NCBI GenBank assembly: GCA_016873165.1
Contig: VGXV01000001.1
Coordinates: forward strand, 93,643 to 125,642
DNA: 32,000 nucleotides
Origin: Planctomycetota bacterium
GTDB taxonomy: Bacteria > Planctomycetota > Brocadiia > Brocadiales > Brocadiaceae
Reading direction: 5' to 3'
Every line of letters begins with the position of its first letter. Position 1 is the first letter of the stretch. Made by a program: the position numbers and the translations under genes. Of the stretch, positions 27,296 to 32,000 are shown in pieces. The notes under the pieces were generated by a model that was given only the letters and a program-made list of their open reading frames with translations, ran no database searches and was not told the origin of the DNA.

Positions 27296-28711
27296 ATGCT
27301 ATTTATTCTACTACTAGCAACCATTATTTTAAAATCAATTGCAATAGCAGGTGATCCGGAGAATTCTGTCTTTGGATATCATCCCGCGGCAGTATTAGAA
27401 AATGGCTATTCTGACAACGGTTTGTTTGATGCCGAATATATAGGCGTAAAGTGGACACGCCAGGCAACACCTGCTTATTGGTCAAACGTGCAACCAGATC
27501 TAAATGCCGATGAGTACGATTTTGATTTTTATGATAAACAGTGGGGTAATGTTCCGACAAGTATGTGCATTATGGGATGCCTTGCTCCGGGAAGCGGACG
27601 AACATTAGAAGATTCCTGGTATCCAACTAATGAGGAACAATATATCGCATTTGTAAAAGCAACTGTGGAACGTTACGATGGAGATGGAATTGACGATATG
27701 CCAGGTTTGCAGAACCCGATTAAATACTGGCAGGTGGGAAACGAGTTTGGAGGCTCCGGATGGTCGGATTTTGCAGACTTACAAAAAATATCTTATCAGG
27801 CAATTAAGGAGACATGTCCTGATTGTACTGTGTTGCTTGGCGGCATAGCAAGTTTATCTTTTGATTACATGTCCCGTTTTGATGAATATTACGGATCCGT
27901 TATTGAAGAATTGAACGGCAATTTCATAGATATTATCGATATTCATTGGTATGAAGAAGCTGACGGCGGTTATCGTTTGAAAGACAATACAACCGGTGAT
28001 GACATTTTGGACCATGTTCGTGATTTTCTGGTTAAGAGCGGCTTTCCCGAAGATATGCCTATTTGGTCAACAGAAATGGGAACTTATTCAGGCCAACCTG
28101 AAGGACTACCTTACCAAACAGAGCACCAGCATGCTACAGACAATTTTAAACGTTATATTTACGGTCTATCAAGAGGCATAGCAAAAATTTTCCAATCCTA
28201 TGGAATGATGGAAGGTTGGCAAGATGAAGATGATACTTTTGACCATACAGGTTTAATATATGAAGGGAAAAATTCCAGCGACAGAGGTCTTGGAATAAAA
28301 AAACTCGGATATTATTCTTATAAAAAAATGACTGAAACATTAGAAGGCGCCGATTGGTCAACATTAGAAATGTTACGTGATGGTACCGACACGGATTTAC
28401 TTTATCTTTTCAGGATTATAAAAGATAATATCCCCATCTACATTGCATGGTGGGACTATTTTGACGATCCGGATTATTTCCAGGGAAATACAAAAGATAT
28501 ACGTTTAAGAGGTATTCCGGGAAACATCATTTCCATTACAAAGGTTGTTCCGGAATATGTATATGGAGAAGAAATAACCGATTATGATACGGCTTTCACC
28601 GTTTATACCAGCCCCATACGAAGGGGTATTGCAAAAATCTCTCTAGATGAAACACCAGTTTTCATAACACTGTCTCAAGACTTCGATCCATCACGGAGAA
28701 AAAAAAAGTAA
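27296..28711 (+). CDS. Secreted clan GH-A (TIM-barrel glycoside hydrolase)-like protein, paralog 1
   Basis: The internal Met gives signal-like 'MLFILLLATIILKSIAIAG'. 'YWQVGNEF' is an acid/base NE motif and 'PIWSTEMG' is a nucleophile Glu context. The track start at 27134 adds 54 non-conserved residues. The function call is weaker than the gene call. Confidence 0.6.
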   Translation: MLFILLLATIILKSIAIAGDPENSVFGYHPAAVLENGYSDNGLFDAEYIGVKWTRQATPAYWSNVQPDLNADEYDFDFYDKQWGNVPTSMCIMGCLAPGSGRTLEDSWYPTNEEQYIAFVKATVERYDGDGIDDMPGLQNPIKYWQVGNEFGGSGWSDFADLQKISYQAIKETCPDCTVLLGGIASLSFDYMSRFDEYYGSVIEELNGNFIDIIDIHWYEEADGGYRLKDNTTGDDILDHVRDFLVKSGFPEDMPIWSTEMGTYSGQPEGLPYQTEHQHATDNFKRYIYGLSRGIAKIFQSYGMMEGWQDEDDTFDHTGLIYEGKNSSDRGLGIKKLGYYSYKKMTETLEGADWSTLEMLRDGTDTDLLYLFRIIKDNIPIYIAWWDYFDDPDYFQGNTKDIRLRGIPGNIISITKVVPEYVYGEEITDYDTAFTVYTSPIRRGIAKISLDETPVFITLSQDFDPSRRKKK

Positions 28712-28780
28712 AAACAAACAGTTATCGAATTTCAAAACCCTTTGCACATTGAATTCAGCAAATCATTCAGGTACATTGCC

Positions 28781-30199
28781 ATGTCTAAAATTACATCATT
28801 TTTCTCTCTCTTTAAATTGACTGTACCATTTATTATTTTAACAACATCCTCAATATCCACAGCAGCAACCACCGAAGAATCGGTGTTCGGATATCATCCT
28901 GCCGGTATATTTGAAGATGGTTATCAAAATAACGGCTACGAGGATGCAGAGTTTATAGGGATTAAATGGACCCGTCAGGCAACACCGGCATACTGGTCGA
29001 TAGTCCAGCCAGACATTGAAAAAGAAGAATATGACTTCGAATTTCATGACGAACAATGGGGTTCAGTGCCTGTAAGCATTTCCATAATGGGAGATTTGGC
29101 GCCGGGAAAAGACCGCACCGTAGAAAATTCATGGCAACCGATAGATGAAGATGCATATGTTGCATTCGTGAAAACAACTGTTGAACGTTATGACGGAGAC
29201 GGCATAGACGATATGCCCGGCCTCAAAAACCCTATAAAATACTGGCAAGTATGTAATGAATTCGGAGATTCCGATTGGTCTGATTTTGCAGATTTACAGC
29301 GAATTACCTACCTTGCCATCAAAGAAGCATGTTCCGAATGCTACGTTTTATTTGCAGGCATTCAAAGCCTCTCCTACGATTACATGCCTCGTTTTGAAGA
29401 GAAATATGGGCCCGTCATTAAAGAGTTAAATGGCAAGTACCTTGATATAATAGATTTCCACTGGTATGAAGAAGGCAACGGAGGGTACAAACTTAAGGAT
29501 AATACGTCCGGCAATGATATTCTCGATTATATCCGCAATTACTTTACAGAAAGTGGTTTTTCAGAAAACATTCCCATCTGGTCAACGGAAATGGGCACGT
29601 ATTCCGGTGAACCTGAAGGTTTGCCCTATCAAACGGAACACGAACAGGCAATAGACAACTTTAAACGCTACATTTACGGCCTCTCCAGAGGAATATCTAA
29701 AATCTTCCAATCGTATGGGTTGATGGAGGGTTGGCATGATGAAGATACAATATTCGATCATACAGGATTAATCTACGAGGGAAAAAATTCTGACGACCTC
29801 GGTTTAGGCGTAAAAAAACTTGGATATTATTCTTATAAAAAAATGACTGAGATGCTTACTAACGCTAATTTCTCGACATTAGAAATGGTACATGACGGCA
29901 CCCAATCCGATCTGGTCTATGTTTTCAAAGTAGAAAAGGAAAATGAACCACTTTACATTGCATGGTGGGATTATTTTGATGATCCAACCTATTCTTCCCG
30001 CGCAAGAAAACGAGTAAACATAAATGGTTTTGACGGAAGATACGTAACTATTACCAAAGTTGTTCCTGATTTTGAGTACGGGAAAGAAGTTGATGATTAT
30101 CATTCCGCATTTACCGTTAATACACGTCGTGTACAGAGAGGAAATGTCAGAATCTCTCTGGATGAAACACCCATCTTTATAACTATCTCGAACAATTAG
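28781..30199 (+). CDS. Secreted clan GH-A-like protein, paralog 2
   Basis: The ATG at 28781 gives 'MSKITSFFSLFKLTVPFIILTTSSISTAA'. It is colinear with paralog 1 over the whole mature length, with no obvious indels and roughly 70% identical residues by eye. It has 'YWQVCNEF' and 'PIWSTEMG'. Confidence 0.6.
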   Translation: MSKITSFFSLFKLTVPFIILTTSSISTAATTEESVFGYHPAGIFEDGYQNNGYEDAEFIGIKWTRQATPAYWSIVQPDIEKEEYDFEFHDEQWGSVPVSISIMGDLAPGKDRTVENSWQPIDEDAYVAFVKTTVERYDGDGIDDMPGLKNPIKYWQVCNEFGDSDWSDFADLQRITYLAIKEACSECYVLFAGIQSLSYDYMPRFEEKYGPVIKELNGKYLDIIDFHWYEEGNGGYKLKDNTSGNDILDYIRNYFTESGFSENIPIWSTEMGTYSGEPEGLPYQTEHEQAIDNFKRYIYGLSRGISKIFQSYGLMEGWHDEDTIFDHTGLIYEGKNSDDLGLGVKKLGYYSYKKMTEMLTNANFSTLEMVHDGTQSDLVYVFKVEKENEPLYIAWWDYFDDPTYSSRARKRVNINGFDGRYVTITKVVPDFEYGKEVDDYHSAFTVNTRRVQRGNVRISLDETPIFITISNN

Positions 30200-30277
30200 C
30201 ACATGAGAGAAATTTATTCGATAAACATCAATGGTGCCTGTGGCGCGAACAACCTTCTTTTTTTATAAAGAACACAG

Positions 30278-31117
30278 TTACCGGTAAAGTAAGATAGGAC
30301 AATCCGTGTGCCTCATAACCCTTACTGTTGTGCTGCCCAGAATCATTTCCTGTAGTTTGGAGTGTCCGTATGCGCCCATAACCAATAAATCACAGTTATC
30401 TTTGCATGCATCCTGTATCCCCTTTGCGTGATCCTTTCCTTCCATTGCAACAATATTCGCTGAAAGTTTAAAACCGCTGAGAAACATTTTTGCTTTAGAT
30501 AAGATACTCAGGGCTTTATCCTTCGTATCGTCAACACAAACTAATGTTATTTTTAAGTTCATTGATTGTGCCATTTCAGCCCCGATCTTCAATGCTTTTT
30601 CTGCAAACAAACTTCCGTCGAATGCAATGAGCATGTTACGAAACGGTTTGAATCTCGGAGGTGTTATAAGAACCGGTTTGTGTGTTTTCCGTACAACGAA
30701 TTCTACGTTTGAACCAAGAAATACATCACGCCATTCCGCGTGGATTCCCATCTTTCCCATAACAATCAGATCATAATTTGCCGATGATTTAACAATTTCA
30801 TGATTTACAATACCCTCTTGTATTTCACGGGTGAACGGGATTCCTGCTTGTATGCATTTCCCTTCTACCTGATTTAAGGCAGCATCTGCTTTCGAATCAA
30901 GCATTTCTCTGACTGTTTGATTAAACGTCCCATAAGGAACCATACCTCCAATACTCGTACCGATATCGTGAATTAAAGGGCCTGCCAATATTTTAATATC
31001 CTTCACAAATAATCCATGAACACTCGCATTATATATTTTTGCGATATTTACAGCATAATCAGCCGCAGCGAGGCTATTATCGGAACCATCTGTAGGAACT
31101 ATAATTTGTTTTAGCAT
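30278..31117 (-). CDS. Tandem universal stress protein (2 x UspA domain)
   Basis: Domain 1 has 'ILVPTDGS'-type 'IIVPTDGSDNSLAAADYA ... LIVMGKMG'. Domain 2 has 'MLIAFDGSLFAEKAL ... LLVMGAYGHSKLQEMILGSTTVRVMRHTDCPILL'. Confidence 0.85.
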   Translation of the reverse strand: MLKQIIVPTDGSDNSLAAADYAVNIAKIYNASVHGLFVKDIKILAGPLIHDIGTSIGGMVPYGTFNQTVREMLDSKADAALNQVEGKCIQAGIPFTREIQEGIVNHEIVKSSANYDLIVMGKMGIHAEWRDVFLGSNVEFVVRKTHKPVLITPPRFKPFRNMLIAFDGSLFAEKALKIGAEMAQSMNLKITLVCVDDTKDKALSILSKAKMFLSGFKLSANIVAMEGKDHAKGIQDACKDNCDLLVMGAYGHSKLQEMILGSTTVRVMRHTDCPILLYR

Positions 31118-31342
31118 AGGGAACCTTAATAAAAAGATTTAAATTGTTTGCCATCGATTAAGTTATTTTGAGCATGTTGCGAAGAAGCAACCTGATTATT
31201 ACGCTGAGCAAAATTTTTGTCAAGTTAAAATATAAATTAAGGAAAATTCAAACAATCTTTACGTAATTAAGTACTCCAAAAATTTATTCTGAGAGACGTG
31301 AGAATCTGTTATTTTTTATTTGTTTTTTTACTTAATTTGAGC

Positions 31343-31370
31343 TTGACATTATGTTTGATAGATATATAAT
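31343..31370 (+). promoter_or_regulatory. Near-consensus sigma70-type promoter
   Basis: TTGACA (31343-31348), 16-nt spacer, TATAAT (31365-31370), 70 nt upstream of the small ORF at 31441. Confidence 0.45.
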
Positions 31371-31440
31371 TTTTATCGATTTTTATTTATTTCTTGTTAT
31401 TTAAACTGAAAGAAATTTGTAAGCAGGGGAAAGTATTAAA

Positions 31441-31608
31441 ATGATTTTAGGAACTAATCATTCGGCAGATAAACAGGCAAAGAAACTGGAGCGTTTATCA
31501 TTCATCAAAGAAAGGTATCGGAAATTAGTGCTTGAGCCAAGAAAAGAAATTGAATTTGAAATTGAGCGAGCGCTTGATGATGAAGATGTCGATATGGAAC
31601 CTGCTTAA
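31441..31608 (+). CDS. Hypothetical 55-aa highly charged protein
   Basis: ATG preceded by 'agggga'. It encodes MILGTNHSADKQAKKLERLSFIKERYRKLVLEPRKEIEFEIERALDDEDVDMEPA. It is below the ORF-track cutoff and I recognise no family. Confidence 0.3.
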   Translation: MILGTNHSADKQAKKLERLSFIKERYRKLVLEPRKEIEFEIERALDDEDVDMEPA

Positions 31609-31723
31609 CTTATTCTGGTTTTATGAATCATGAATCATGAGTAATGACTTACGACTTACACCATTCTGTACTGTAAGAAGTTTTATTGATGATTTCTAAT
31701 TTCATGCAAGTGAAACTTTTTTA

Positions 31724-32000
31724 TTACCTGTAATTTAAAAGTCCTTCCACTACCACATCATCTGAAAATCTATATTGTCGTACTTCAGTTATTTTCAGGG
31801 CATCGCATATATTATCAACTCCTTTGCCCAGCACCGGAGATGCACCATCGCCTCCAATTATAATGGGGGCGATAAATACAATAATTTTATCTGCAAGACG
31901 TTCTTCTAATAACGAGGTAATTAGTTTACTACCCCCTTCCACCATAATATTTGTCAACCTCATTGCCCCCAACTCCAAAAACAGTTCTCTTAAATCGACA
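31724..32000 (-). CDS. ribD: Riboflavin biosynthesis protein RibD, C-terminal reductase domain (partial, continues beyond window end)
   Basis: 'NIMVEGGSKLITSLLEERLADKIIVFIAPIIIGG' is the RibD_C signature. The frame stays open upstream of the TTG at 31978 through nt 32000 ('VDLRELFLELGA...'). Confidence 0.8.
   Translation of the reverse strand, partial: VDLRELFLELGAMRLTNIMVEGGSKLITSLLEERLADKIIVFIAPIIIGGDGASPVLGKGVDNICDALKITEVRQYRFSDDVVVEGLLNYR

Noticed and set aside
31623-31657. Degenerate heptamer tandem (atgaatc atgaatc atgagta atgactt acgactt) between the small ORF and ribD
   Set aside because: There are only two perfect units and the rest drift. It is short enough to be chance in AT-rich intergenic DNA, and no associated structure is visible.

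Overview
AT-rich bacterial chromosomal window with about 30 genes on both strands. I found no rRNA, tRNA or CRISPR array. The gene content suggests an anammox planctomycete (Brocadiales, Kuenenia-like); this is inference from family recognition, not a database hit. Two things point that way: an ammonium-transporter/histidine-kinase fusion, and a dedicated ACP-FabZ-KS-KS-like-CrtI-like-B12 radical SAM operon. Left to right on the map: (1) a HAD/polyprenol-kinase-like fusion; (2) a U32 peptidase bracketed by an unusual hairpin-plus-tail repeat; (3) a lipoprotein and a CBM-like secreted protein; (4) the Amt-HK sensor; (5) an SDR epimerase; (6) rplM-rpsI; (7) an orphan FabZ-like dehydratase; (8) a HAD hydrolase; (9) a PAS/GAF histidine kinase with a REC-HD-GYP regulator; (10) a small accessory islet with an IS91-family transposase relic and an intact Zn-ribbon/DUF4145 gene; (11) lpdA preceded by a 42-aa membrane ORF; (12) the six-gene lipid operon at 18.2-24.5 kb on the minus strand; (13) icd and mdh; (14) two tandem paralogous secreted clan GH-A-like proteins; (15) a tandem-USP protein; (16) a small acidic ORF behind a consensus promoter; (17) the 3' end of ribD running off the window. 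The most interesting locus is the ACP/FabZ/KS/catalytically dead KS/FAD-desaturase-like/B12-rSAM operon. It has no ketoreductase, enoyl reductase or acyltransferase, and it looks like a dedicated pathway for an unusual, possibly ladderane-type, lipid whose chemistry is unresolved to my knowledge.
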